Both the position numbers and the translations under genes were made by a program. A DNA stretch of 64,000 bases from assembly GCA_040754455.1 (NCBI GenBank), contig JBFMCP010000005.1, positions 47,926-111,925 on the forward strand, given 5' to 3'. This document shows, piece by piece, positions 9,471 through 20,541 of the stretch. Under the pieces are notes generated by a model. It was not told where the DNA came from. It did not search any database and saw only the letters and a list, made by a program, of their open reading frames with translations. Numbering within the stretch: position 1 is the stretch's first letter; every line of letters begins with the position of its first letter. This DNA comes from Nitrospirota bacterium. GTDB lineage: Bacteria; Nitrospirota; Thermodesulfovibrionia; Thermodesulfovibrionales; Dissulfurispiraceae.

Positions 9471-10468
9471 TCTCCCCTGAAGGGGTGCCGCGCCCTCTGT
9501 AGCAGCGAATGCGCCAGACTGAATTTATAAAAAGTCCCTGCCGGATCAAGAAGGGAATTGAGCGCATCTTCGATCTGCCTGCTTATCGCATCATCACCGT
9601 TCCCTTCGATATCGACCTCTACGATTGACGCCAGTGCAGAGAGCATCGCCGCGCCCTGATCGATGACGCCTTCGGCCGGCCCATAGCATCCGATGCAGGG
9701 CATGCCTGCCTTCGGACAGAGGGCTGTACAGCCGCTCCTGGTGGCTGGGCCCATGCAGACCATGCCCTGGTCGATAAGGCAGTTCTCTTTATCCGGGATG
9801 ATTTCGTGGAGGCGATAAAGCTTTCTGACCCGCTTTTCTCTTCGTAGGCGGGGACACTCTTCACAAAGGGCCTTTGCGCCTGCACCGATCACTGAACCTT
9901 TCGGAGGAAGATCACCGCCTTTCATCACCATATCTATGACCGTCTGAATCTGATGCGGTTCAGGAGGGCAGCCGGGAACCGAGTAATCCACATCAACGGT
10001 CTGCCGCAGACTTTTTACAGTGTCATGAAACGAGGGCAGATGGAGCTCCCCCTCATCGACTGTAGTAGTTACCCTGGGTGTTATCGAATAAGGATTATCG
10101 GTACTCGGATTTTCGAGATAGATGGAAGCAGCATGATCACGTGCACTCGACAGGTTCGACAATCCGGGGATACACCCCTCATACGCGCATGAGCCGAAGG
10201 CGACGAGCAGCCTCGATTTTGCTCTGAGCAGACGGGCCATTGCCACGTCATCATCATTACGGATAGCGCCGTTGAAAAAGGTGAGCGCTATAGCACCATC
10301 GGAAAGCGCTTCCACATCGCTTCGCTTGCCGTCCATGACACAGGGCCAGAAGACCGGCTCGAAGACAGTAGCAAAATCGAGTAGCTCCTCATGTATGCCG
10401 AGGAGCGCGATCTCGCACCCGCCGCAGGCAGAGGCCCAGTACATAGCGAATTTCGAACGTTCCTGCAT
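9467..10468 (-). CDS. mvhG: Group 3c hydrogenase small subunit
   Basis: ACGGC, GSCA, PGCPP, LCEECP, CMGPATRSGC, CIGCYGP; start moved to ATG 10468 (SD GAGGAGG, TGATG overlap with mvhD). Confidence 0.92.
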   Translation of the reverse strand: MQERSKFAMYWASACGGCEIALLGIHEELLDFATVFEPVFWPCVMDGKRSDVEALSDGAIALTFFNGAIRNDDDVAMARLLRAKSRLLVAFGSCAYEGCIPGLSNLSSARDHAASIYLENPSTDNPYSITPRVTTTVDEGELHLPSFHDTVKSLRQTVDVDYSVPGCPPEPHQIQTVIDMVMKGGDLPPKGSVIGAGAKALCEECPRLRREKRVRKLYRLHEIIPDKENCLIDQGMVCMGPATRSGCTALCPKAGMPCIGCYGPAEGVIDQGAAMLSALASIVEVDIEGNGDDAISRQIEDALNSLLDPAGTFYKFSLAHSLLQRARHPFRGD

Positions 10469-10902
10469 CACTGCCTCCTCCCGCTGATCACCTGAGGCCA
10501 CTGCAGCGGTCCCAGTGCCCGCAATGCCGCAGTCATCCTGTTTATCTTTTCTGAAAGAGCAGCTCCCTCTGAAGCAGAGACCCAGGCAAGCTGTATGCGC
10601 TCGCGCTCGATGCCGAACTGTCCGGCAAGATTTCGTACGAGATGAAAGCGTCCGAGGGTTCTTATATTGCCTGCCTCATAGTGGCATTCGCCGGGATGGC
10701 ATCCGGCAATGAGAACGCCGTCCGCTCCCTCCCGCAGTGCCTTGAGCACCAGCTGCGGCTCGACTCTTCCGCTGCACATGACCCTGATGATGCGGAGGTT
10801 CGGAGCAGAATGGAGACGCAGCGTGCCGGCGCGGTCCGCTGCGCGGTAGGCGCACCAGTTGCAGAAGAAACCGACAATAACAGGCTCGAAAGAATTAATC
10901 AT
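10468..10902 (-). CDS. mvhD: Hydrogenase iron-sulfur (2Fe-2S) subunit
   Basis: FCNWCAY, RVMCSGR, GCHPGECHY, WVSASEG. Confidence 0.95.
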   Translation of the reverse strand: MINSFEPVIVGFFCNWCAYRAADRAGTLRLHSAPNLRIIRVMCSGRVEPQLVLKALREGADGVLIAGCHPGECHYEAGNIRTLGRFHLVRNLAGQFGIERERIQLAWVSASEGAALSEKINRMTAALRALGPLQWPQVISGRRQ

Positions 10903-10967
10903 AAGCCTCTACTCTATTGAGAGCGTTTTCGCATTAAGCAGTGAAGACCTGAACCCCTTGTGGCAGA

Positions 10968-11052
10968 TTAAAAATTAAAAAGAAAAATGAAAAATTGAGG
11001 ATTCCTTATTTTTGAATTTTTCTTTTTTATTTTTAATTTTACCTTTTTATTC
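10968..11052. repeat. Heptamer-periodic A-rich/T-rich inverted repeat
   Basis: TTAAAAA TTAAAAA GAAAAAT GAAAAAT TGAGGATTCC ... T-rich mirror arm; core shared with the copy at 59252. Confidence 0.75.
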
Positions 11053-11086
11053 TGTACAACCGATGAGCGCATCCGTCAGGTTTGTA

Positions 11087-13069
11087 TCATATCTTCCTGT
11101 CTCGATCATATAATATGCCTTCGATCTCCGCCATCATCTGTTCGTCGGTAAAGTGATCACTGGTGATCGCCCTGGCAGGGCACGCAGCCACACAGGCGCC
11201 GCACCCCTGGCAGAGGGCAGCATCGATGTCCGCCTGATTGCTCTTCTCATTCATAGAAAGAGCACTATAGGGACAAAGATCAAGGCACATCCGGCATCCG
11301 CTGCACCGCTCCTTGTCGATGCTCGCCCGTATCGGCTCGAGCTCGATAGTCCCTTTATTAATAAGAGAAAGGATCTTTGCTGCAGCAGCGCCTGCCTGTG
11401 CAATGGTCTCGGTTATATCCTTCGGTCCCTGGCAGGCTCCTGCTACGAATATCCCCTCGCGCAGGGTAACGACCGGATCGAGCTTGGGATGCTTCTCTGC
11501 AAAGAATCCCTCGCTGTCGCATTCAACACCGAGCAGCCGGGCAACAGAGCGTGCATCGGCCCTCGCTTCCATGGCGGTGCTCAATACCACCATGTCCACG
11601 GGGATACGCCGCTGGATGCCGAGCAGTGTATCCTCAGCCTGGATGACGAGCTTGCCTTCTTCTTCAGGATAATATGCCGAGTCCATAACAGTCGCCACCC
11701 GTCCCCTGACGAAATGGATCTTTTCACCCAGGAGCTTCTGGTAGAACTCCTCATAGGTCTTCCCCCCTGCCCTCATGTCGATGTAAAAATTGTAGACAGA
11801 AGCCCCGGTCTTCTCCTTTATAAGGTGGGCGAACTTCAGCGAGTACATACAGCAGACCTTTGAACAATAATCGTGGTAGTTCTTATCGCGGCTCCCGACG
11901 CAATGGATAATCGCAACACTTTCAGGCTCGGCGACCCGGTCTCTGAGCATGACCTTTCCGCCGGTAGGCCCGGCAGCGCTCAGCATACGTTCAAGCTCGA
12001 TACCAGTAAACACATTGGGGTATCTGCCGTACCCGTACTGCGGGATCCGCAGGGGATCAAAAAGATCAAAGCCCGTCGCAATAACGATATTCCCCACCGT
12101 AAGGGTAAGCGTTGTATCGCTCTGGTCGAACCGGACCGCCTGGGCAGGACACTCTTTCTCGCAGATCCTGCACTGGCCCAATTCGAAAAAGGAGCAGATG
12201 TTCCGGTCGATTACCGGATAACGGGGGACCGCGCCGGCAAAGGGAATGGCGCATGCCTTCCGCAAACCGAGTCCTGCCTCGAAATCGTTATCGTGCACCT
12301 CCTGCGGGCACTTCTGCTGGCAGATGCCGCATCCTATGCAACGGTCCTCGTCGATAAAGCGTGCCTTCTTTCTCACTTTTATAGTGAAGCTGCCTGCCCT
12401 CCCCTTCGCTTCCTCAACCTCGCTATACGTCAGGAGCGTTATATGCGGGTGCCGGCGTACTGCTGCCATGCGCGGATCGAGCATGCAGTCGGCGCAATCG
12501 AGGGTAGGAAAAGTCTTATCGAGCTGTGCCATGCGGCCACCGATACTCGGTGCCCTCTCCACCAGATAGACCTGCCTGCCCGCATCGGCTATCTCGAGTG
12601 CCGCCGTGATGCCGGCGATGCCTCCTCCGATGACAAGCGTATCAGGATTGACCGGCACCGATATCTTCGACAGAGGTTTGTGATGCAGGACCCGATGGAC
12701 AGCAGCCGAGACCAGTGCCTTGGCCTTCTCGGTCGCAGCCGCCGTGTCGCCGGCAGTCCATGCATCATGCTCCCGCACATTGACGATCTCGCAAAAGTAG
12801 GGGTTCAATCCCGCCCGTGCACAGGCCTTCCTGAAGGTTGGTTCGTGCAGATGCGGCGAGCAGGCGACGATGACAATACGGGAGAGACTGTTCTCCTTGA
12901 TATCACGCTCGATCAACCCCTGCCCGTCGCCTGAACACATGAAACGGTCATCTCGGACAACAACGACATTGCCCAGCGTCGATGCAAAAGATGCGAGGGC
13001 TTTGATATCGAGACCCTCGGCGATATTCGTCCCGCAATGGCAGAGATAGACGCCTATCCTCTCACTCAT
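11087..13069 (-). CDS. hdrA: Heterodisulfide reductase subunit A (FAD, Fe-S)
   Basis: CHCGTNI, GGGIAG, DKTFPTLDC, CVGSRD, CSKVCC, ferredoxin motifs. Confidence 0.95.
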   Translation of the reverse strand: MSERIGVYLCHCGTNIAEGLDIKALASFASTLGNVVVVRDDRFMCSGDGQGLIERDIKENSLSRIVIVACSPHLHEPTFRKACARAGLNPYFCEIVNVREHDAWTAGDTAAATEKAKALVSAAVHRVLHHKPLSKISVPVNPDTLVIGGGIAGITAALEIADAGRQVYLVERAPSIGGRMAQLDKTFPTLDCADCMLDPRMAAVRRHPHITLLTYSEVEEAKGRAGSFTIKVRKKARFIDEDRCIGCGICQQKCPQEVHDNDFEAGLGLRKACAIPFAGAVPRYPVIDRNICSFFELGQCRICEKECPAQAVRFDQSDTTLTLTVGNIVIATGFDLFDPLRIPQYGYGRYPNVFTGIELERMLSAAGPTGGKVMLRDRVAEPESVAIIHCVGSRDKNYHDYCSKVCCMYSLKFAHLIKEKTGASVYNFYIDMRAGGKTYEEFYQKLLGEKIHFVRGRVATVMDSAYYPEEEGKLVIQAEDTLLGIQRRIPVDMVVLSTAMEARADARSVARLLGVECDSEGFFAEKHPKLDPVVTLREGIFVAGACQGPKDITETIAQAGAAAAKILSLINKGTIELEPIRASIDKERCSGCRMCLDLCPYSALSMNEKSNQADIDAALCQGCGACVAACPARAITSDHFTDEQMMAEIEGILYDRDRKI

Positions 13070-13985
13070 TCTTTGTCCTCATCCGTTTTTTCGGCTCTTT
13101 TGTTTCAGGGCGCCCTACTTTCATTTTCGTGAGCACCGGTTCAGCGGAAACAATCTCTTTTCCGATGCCGAGGACAAGCGGGTCAAGCCCGAAGGCCAGT
13201 CCCATGAGCTGGGTAAAGAAGAGGACAGGGATGTTGAAATGAGTATTAAAATGCTTATTCACATCATCCTGGTAGGCGTCGAGATTGATCTGGCATACCG
13301 GACAGAGGACCGCAATGGCGTCCGCTCCGCTCTTCTGAGCGCTCTTCAGTATCCTGCGCAGGAGCTCGTAGGCGGTGATCGCTTTTATATGGGGCATATG
13401 TCCGCCGCAGCAGTTCGATTTCATCGAGAATTCGGCCACTGTTGCGCCGAGTGCAGTGAGGATTCTATCCATAGAGGTCGGATGCTCGGGATGGTCGAAC
13501 CCGTCACCCGGCCTCGTCAGCATACATCCGTAGAACGGGGCGATGCGCAGATTGCTGAGAGAGGTAGTCACTTTGGTGAAGAGTGCATCCACTCCCACAT
13601 CGTTGAGAAAGATGTCGAGGAAATGGCGAATCCTGAGCACGCCAGGATTGTAGTGAAGTCCGCCTTCAGCAAGGGCGTCATTGACCGCCTCATTGATGTC
13701 AGGATGCTCATGCATCACCTTATCGGTCCTCCGCAGATTCGAAAAACAGAGGCTACAGGAGGTAATCACCTGGCTATGCCCCTGAGGGACCAGAGCCAGG
13801 TTGCGCGCCGAGAGCGCGTAGTGGGCAAGACGGTTGATCGAGAGATACTCCGTAGCACCGCAGCAGTTCCAGTCGGGGATGTCGGTCAGCTCGATATTGA
13901 ACAGCTCCATCACCGCTCTGGCCGACTGCGTGTAGGCTGCAGCCATGTGCTCTGAGGAGCAGCAGGGGAAAAGGGCGTATCTCAC
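13062..13985 (-). CDS. hdrB: Heterodisulfide reductase subunit B (CCG domains)
   Basis: WNCCG, CSLC, YGC, CCGG, CPVCQ. Confidence 0.93.
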   Translation of the reverse strand: MRYALFPCCSSEHMAAAYTQSARAVMELFNIELTDIPDWNCCGATEYLSINRLAHYALSARNLALVPQGHSQVITSCSLCFSNLRRTDKVMHEHPDINEAVNDALAEGGLHYNPGVLRIRHFLDIFLNDVGVDALFTKVTTSLSNLRIAPFYGCMLTRPGDGFDHPEHPTSMDRILTALGATVAEFSMKSNCCGGHMPHIKAITAYELLRRILKSAQKSGADAIAVLCPVCQINLDAYQDDVNKHFNTHFNIPVLFFTQLMGLAFGLDPLVLGIGKEIVSAEPVLTKMKVGRPETKEPKKRMRTKNE

Positions 13986-14911
13986 GGTTTTCTTTCTCTC
14001 TCTTTAGCCTTGTTCACAATACGTCGCAGTTGCTCAATACCCTCGATCTTCGAGGGACCCAGGACGATCCGCTCCTTTTTGTAGAGTTTCAGTGCCAGCG
14101 AACCCCAGGAATGCCGGTCGGCGGGATTATGGTCCAGACGGTAGCGCATGGCGAGACCGAAATCGAAGCTGCGGCCGTACTTCTCGATGAGATTGATAAA
14201 TGTCTTCGAGAAGTCATAGGCATCGGTGATCTTGACAATCCCCTCGCGCACTGCCATTTGCTTGAGGGTGTACATGATATCGGTGATTGGGATCTGCTGG
14301 GGACATCGCACGGTGCAGTAATAGCAGGAGACGCAGAACCATGGAGTATTGCTCAAAAGGACCTCCTGCTTCAGCCCGGCCAGCAGCATGGCAAAGAGGT
14401 GGCGCGGCGTGTAATCCATGTCTTCGGCAGAAGGGCACGAGCCGCCGCATGTTCCACATTGCAGGCACCTCGTGAGCGTGCTCCCCTCCGGCGTTTCAGC
14501 CATAACCGCCTCCAGAAAGCTGCGGCCCTCTGTGGTTTCCCTATCCATCGCAATCCGCAGCCGTTCGCTTTTTTTCCTGAAGGGATTGTCGATCTGGTCA
14601 GCCCCGCTGACGAGCCGCTCTTTCTCGGCAGACACATCTTCCTGGTACATCTGAAAGGTCTCTTTTATTTCAACGAGATTGAACCCCTTGCTCTTGAGCG
14701 CGAAGATCCACTTTATTGTCTCGATAACGCTCTGGGGATAGAAGAATTTGACGCCGCCCGTACCCTGCCCTTTTCTGATCCCCTTGGGAAGCAGGCCCGA
14801 CTGCACATAAAATTGGAAAGTCCTCTTGGTGAGCTTGTACCCCTCATCAGAGAGCAGTCTGATAATCTCGTCGAGCGTATAAAAAGGGATGGCATCCAAA
14901 GATGTTTCCAT
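13982..14911 (-). CDS. hdrC: MerR-like HTH domain fused to heterodisulfide reductase subunit C
   Basis: N-terminus YTLDEI..LTKRTFQFYVQSGLLPK..KFFY..IKWIFALKSKGFNLVEIKE; C-terminus CLQCGTCGGSCP and CVSCYYCTVRCP; start at ATG 14911 because the track's TTG 14947 coincides with the -35 box. Confidence 0.85.
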   Translation of the reverse strand: METSLDAIPFYTLDEIIRLLSDEGYKLTKRTFQFYVQSGLLPKGIRKGQGTGGVKFFYPQSVIETIKWIFALKSKGFNLVEIKETFQMYQEDVSAEKERLVSGADQIDNPFRKKSERLRIAMDRETTEGRSFLEAVMAETPEGSTLTRCLQCGTCGGSCPSAEDMDYTPRHLFAMLLAGLKQEVLLSNTPWFCVSCYYCTVRCPQQIPITDIMYTLKQMAVREGIVKITDAYDFSKTFINLIEKYGRSFDFGLAMRYRLDHNPADRHSWGSLALKLYKKERIVLGPSKIEGIEQLRRIVNKAKERERKP

Positions 14912-14918
14912 CACTATA

Positions 14919-14947
14919 TATATACTGTTAGTAACAGCATCTGTCAA
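14919..14947 (-). promoter_or_regulatory. hdr operon promoter with a palindrome in the -35/-10 spacer
   Basis: TTGACA gatgCTGTTAcTAACAG TATATA tatagtg ATG. Confidence 0.65.
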
Positions 14948-15012
14948 GGAAAAAACACCATGGCGTGTAAAAAAGTAATATGACTTGCTGATTCAACATA
15001 TTTTTTCGATAG

Positions 15013-15041
15013 TTGACAATATCATAGGGTATGCGTAAACT
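15013..15041 (+). promoter_or_regulatory. argS promoter (very short or no leader)
   Basis: TTGACA-17-TAAACT, 8 nt before ATG, no SD. Confidence 0.6.
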
Positions 15042-15049
15042 TAAAAGTT

Positions 15050-16669
15050 ATGGAAAAAACTTTAAGAGAAATTCTCACGAAGATCGGGTATGCCGAGGTC
15101 GAAATCGAGGTACCGAAAGAGGAATCCTTCGGCGACCTGTCGACGCCCCTGCCGATGAGCCTCACCAAAGTCCTCAAAAAAGCGCCGCGAAAAATCGCCG
15201 AAGAGCTCGTTGCCAAAATCGAAGGCAGTGATATATTCGAAAGGGTCGAAATTGCCGGCCCGGGGTTTATCAACTTCACGTTCAAGAGATCATTTATTTT
15301 TAACGAGCTGAGAAGGCTCATTGCCGAACAGGAGGCCTTCTTGAAAGAGGATGTCGGCAGGGGCAGACGGATACAGATCGAATTCGTGAGCGCCAATCCC
15401 ACCGGCCCTATGCATCTGGGCCATGGAAGGGGCGCAGCACTCGGAGCAGCGCTTTCCAACCTCCTTCAGGAGGCCGGCTTCAGTGTTGAGAAGGAATTCT
15501 ATATCAACGATGCAGGACGCCAGGTCAGGCTGCTGGGACTTTCGGTCTTTGCAAAATACAAACATCTTTACGGCATGAACTATTACGCCTTTCCCGAGGA
15601 CGGCTACCGTGGAGCATACGTGGAAGACCTCGCACGGGAACTGCATGAAGCGTACGGCTCAAGCTTTGCGGACAAGGAGTTTGAGGAAGTAGCACCGACA
15701 GTGATCGATTTCGCCTATCAGAAGATGCTCGCAGTGATAAAAAAAGACCTCGAAGACTTCGGCGTCATCTTCGATACGTGGCAGAGCGAGAGAGAGCTTT
15801 ATGCCAACGACGAGGTCAACAAGGCAATCGCCGATCTCAGAGAGCGCGGTTACATTTACGAAGAAGAAGGCGCCACATGGTTCAGATCAACCGCCTTCGG
15901 CGATGACAAAGACAGAGTCATCATAAAGAAAGACGGCGAATACACCTATTTTGCGCCTGACATCGCTTACCATAGAAAGAAAATCCAAAAAGGTTTTGAC
16001 GAGCTCATCGATATCTGGGGGGCCGACCACCACGGCTACATCCCGCGCATGCAGGCGGTCATACAGGCATTGGGCTACCCGAAAGAGAGCCTGCGCATAA
16101 TCCTCGTACAAATGGTCGCGCTCCTGAAAGGCGGTCAGCCGGTGCAGATGTCGAAGCGCGCCGGTGAATTCATCACCTTGCGAGAGGTCATCGATGATAT
16201 CGGAGCGGATACGACCAAGTTCCTCTTCCTGACGCGGAGATCGGACAGCCACCTCGAAGTGGATATCGAAGTCGCAAAGGCACAGTCGTCGGAGAACCCG
16301 GTCTACTATGTCCAGTACGCCCACGCACGTATCAACAGCATTTATGAGAAGGCGAAACAGGAATCAGTAGCACTCGATTTCACCGATTTCAATGGCGAGG
16401 TCTTCAATGATGAGGAAGTGCGCATCATTAAAAAGCTGCTGCTCTATCCGCTGATGTTCAGAAGCGCCGCGCTGGCGCATGAGCCGCACCGTATCACCTT
16501 TTACTTACAGGAACTGGCAGGCATGTTCCATCCCTATTACCACAAATACAAAGTCGTTTCCGAAGATGCGGAACTCACCAGGGCGCGCCTCGCCCTCTGC
16601 GAAGCAGTTCGGATCGTCCTGAAACACGGCCTGAAAATCCTCGGCGTCAAAGCGCCAGAGAAGATGTAA
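15050..16669 (+). CDS. argS: Arginine--tRNA ligase
   Basis: EFVSANPTGPMHLGHGR, MSKRAG, YVQYAHAR. Confidence 0.98.
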   Translation: MEKTLREILTKIGYAEVEIEVPKEESFGDLSTPLPMSLTKVLKKAPRKIAEELVAKIEGSDIFERVEIAGPGFINFTFKRSFIFNELRRLIAEQEAFLKEDVGRGRRIQIEFVSANPTGPMHLGHGRGAALGAALSNLLQEAGFSVEKEFYINDAGRQVRLLGLSVFAKYKHLYGMNYYAFPEDGYRGAYVEDLARELHEAYGSSFADKEFEEVAPTVIDFAYQKMLAVIKKDLEDFGVIFDTWQSERELYANDEVNKAIADLRERGYIYEEEGATWFRSTAFGDDKDRVIIKKDGEYTYFAPDIAYHRKKIQKGFDELIDIWGADHHGYIPRMQAVIQALGYPKESLRIILVQMVALLKGGQPVQMSKRAGEFITLREVIDDIGADTTKFLFLTRRSDSHLEVDIEVAKAQSSENPVYYVQYAHARINSIYEKAKQESVALDFTDFNGEVFNDEEVRIIKKLLLYPLMFRSAALAHEPHRITFYLQELAGMFHPYYHKYKVVSEDAELTRARLALCEAVRIVLKHGLKILGVKAPEKM

Positions 16670-16698
16670 GTCGGTCGTTAATAAGGGACGGAAAAAAG

Positions 16699-16863
16699 CT
16701 ACCCGACAGCCACACGATCTCTGCCTTCTGCTTTTGCACGCGTGAGGACTTCATCAGCAGTGAGCAGCGGCGTTTTGCTGGTTTCTCCGTGTTTCGGGAA
16801 CACCGCGATCCCCATCGTGACGGAGATCGGATCAAGGATCTCGCCGCGGTACCGAACGGGCAT
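16699..16863 (-). pseudogene. C-terminal fragment of a GGDEF (diguanylate cyclase) domain, 54 codons
   Basis: MPVRYRGEILDPISVTMGIAVFPKHGETSKTPLLTADEVLTRAKAEGRDRVAVG*; a shifted frame just upstream reads AFRRAKQLKRGVK; no GGDEF motif. Confidence 0.7.
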
Positions 16864-16903
16864 CTCTTTACCCCCCTTTTGAGCTGTTTGGCCCGCCGGA
16901 ATG

Positions 16904-17746
16904 CTAAAATATCCCCCGTTTCACGGCATCGGCAACTTTTGCCACTCTCACCATCTCCTTCACATCATGGACCCTGACAATGTGCGCGCCGTTGAAGATG
17001 GAGATCGCCACAGCTGCGGCGGTGCCTTCGAGCCGCTCGGTGGCGGGGACATCGCCGAGGATCTTGCCAATAAAGGCCTTCCGCGAGACACCCATGACGA
17101 TCGGCTTGCCGAGCTGCGTGAATTCCCTAAGATTGCAGATGATCTCCAGATTGTGTTGAAAGGTCTTGCCGAAACCGATGCCGGGATCGATGAGAATCTT
17201 GTCCTCAGCGATGTTGTGCTCGCGGGCGATCTGGATGCTGCCCCGCAGGTAATCCATGACTTCGGGAATGAGCGCTTCATAAACAGGGTTCTGCTGCATG
17301 CTCTTCGGTGTGCCCTTGATGTGCATGACCACCACTGGTACGCCGTATGCGGCAGCGACCTTGGGCATCTCGGGATCGAATCGCAGTCCGCTGATATCGT
17401 TCACCATCGAAGCGCCTGCATCGAGGGCACGCCGTGCAACCTCTGCCTTGTAGGTATCGATGGAGATAGGAACATTTATCTCTTTTGCAATGGCCTGTAT
17501 GACGGGAATGGTGCGATTGATCTCTTCTTCCAGGGGCACGGGGTCGGACCCCGGCCTTGTCGATTCACCCCCGATATCGAGGATATCGGCGCCGTCCTGG
17601 ATGAGCTTATAGGCATGTTCGACCGCCTTTTCCCTGTCGAAAAAGAGCCCGCCATCGGAAAAGGAATCGGGGGTGATGTTGAGCACCCCCATGATGTAGG
17701 TTCGGTTGCTGAAATCCAGCGCAAACTTCGACCACGCGATCTTCAT
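16904..17746 (-). CDS. folP: Dihydropteroate synthase
   Basis: MGVLNITPDSFSDGG, GGESTRPG, DPGIGFGK, SRK, RVHDV. Confidence 0.97.
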   Translation of the reverse strand: MKIAWSKFALDFSNRTYIMGVLNITPDSFSDGGLFFDREKAVEHAYKLIQDGADILDIGGESTRPGSDPVPLEEEINRTIPVIQAIAKEINVPISIDTYKAEVARRALDAGASMVNDISGLRFDPEMPKVAAAYGVPVVVMHIKGTPKSMQQNPVYEALIPEVMDYLRGSIQIAREHNIAEDKILIDPGIGFGKTFQHNLEIICNLREFTQLGKPIVMGVSRKAFIGKILGDVPATERLEGTAAAVAISIFNGAHIVRVHDVKEMVRVAKVADAVKRGIF

Positions 17747-17806
17747 AGCTCAAAAATAAAGGCCGAGACCTTATCGATCTCAGCCTTATCCTTAATCCTA
17801 AGGTTT

Positions 17807-19639
<1,833 letters not shown>

Positions 19640-19687
19640 AGTACCACCTGCTATTTTTTCAAAACATTTTTCTTTATTCTACCACAT

Positions 19688-20401
19688 TTATTTCAAACTA
19701 TCCCGCTGGAGTTCGACCAGCTCTGCTATACCCTTTTCCGCAAGGGAGAGCATGGAATCCAGCAACGACCTCGAAAAAGCCTCTGATTCGGCAGTTCCTT
19801 GAATTTCAACAATTTTGCCGCTTCCGGTCATTACCACATTCATATCGACCTCTGCGGAAGAATCTTCAATATAACAGAGATCAAGGCGCGGCTCTCCGCT
19901 CACCATGCCGACGCTCACCGCTGCAAGATAATCTTTAATAGGGTTCTTCTCGATCACCTTGCTTCTCATCGCCCTTTCTATTGCATCACTAAAGGCGATG
20001 AATGCGCCGGTTATGGAAGCAGTCCGCGTACCGCCGTCCGCCTGGATAACGTCGCAATCGAGCCAGACGGTCCGTTCGCCGAGGAGCTCGAGGTCGACAA
20101 TTGCCCGCAGGGACCTTCCGATCAGGCGCTGGATCTCCTGGGTCCTCCCTCCCACCCGCCCGGTAGAAGCCTCTCTGGTCATCCTGTTCTGGGTGGAGCG
20201 GGGAAGCATACCGTATTCCGCGGTCACCCACCCCCGTTTTTGATCCCTGAGGAAAGGAGGCACTCTATCCTCAATGGATGCGGTGCAGATAACCCTCGTA
20301 TTGCCGAAGGTGATAAGCACCGACCCTTCGGCCGATGAAATAAAGTTCCTCACCACCGTCACTTTTCTCAATTCATCATTTTTTCTTCCATCCGGCCTCA
20401 T
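19688..20401 (-). CDS. rph: Ribonuclease PH
   Basis: [25 protein letters not shown]; start at ATG 20401 after SD GGAGG. Confidence 0.96.
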   Translation of the reverse strand: MRPDGRKNDELRKVTVVRNFISSAEGSVLITFGNTRVICTASIEDRVPPFLRDQKRGWVTAEYGMLPRSTQNRMTREASTGRVGGRTQEIQRLIGRSLRAIVDLELLGERTVWLDCDVIQADGGTRTASITGAFIAFSDAIERAMRSKVIEKNPIKDYLAAVSVGMVSGEPRLDLCYIEDSSAEVDMNVVMTGSGKIVEIQGTAESEAFSRSLLDSMLSLAEKGIAELVELQRDSLK

Positions 20402-20420
20402 CCATTCCTCCATTTAAGGG

Positions 20421-20541
20421 CAAATTCTAAATCCTAAACACGAAACTCTAAACAAATCCAAAATTCTAAACAGAAATACCTATATTTTGGGTTTTGAGCA
20501 TTCAAATTTATTTAGAATTTCGAAATTCGAATTTAGGATTT
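20421..20541. repeat. Heptamer-periodic inverted repeat (AAATYCT type)
   Basis: AAATTCT AAATCCT AAACACG AAACTCT AAACAAATCC ... TTTAGAA TTTCGAA ATTCGAA TTTAGGA TTT. Confidence 0.8.

Noticed and set aside
9385..9567. 60-aa ORF with a K-rich then F-rich tail
   Set aside because: Translation artefact of the A-rich/T-rich repeat element; likewise 20487-20753
7904..13069. Selenocysteine recoding in MvhA, MvhD or HdrA
   Set aside because: All usual Sec positions are Cys (DPCFSC, CNWC, CHPGECH, DCADC); no in-frame TGA
14912..14947. Track start of hdrC at TTG 14947
   Set aside because: That TTG is the -35 hexamer and ATG 14911 fits better; the same holds for aroC TTG 50584
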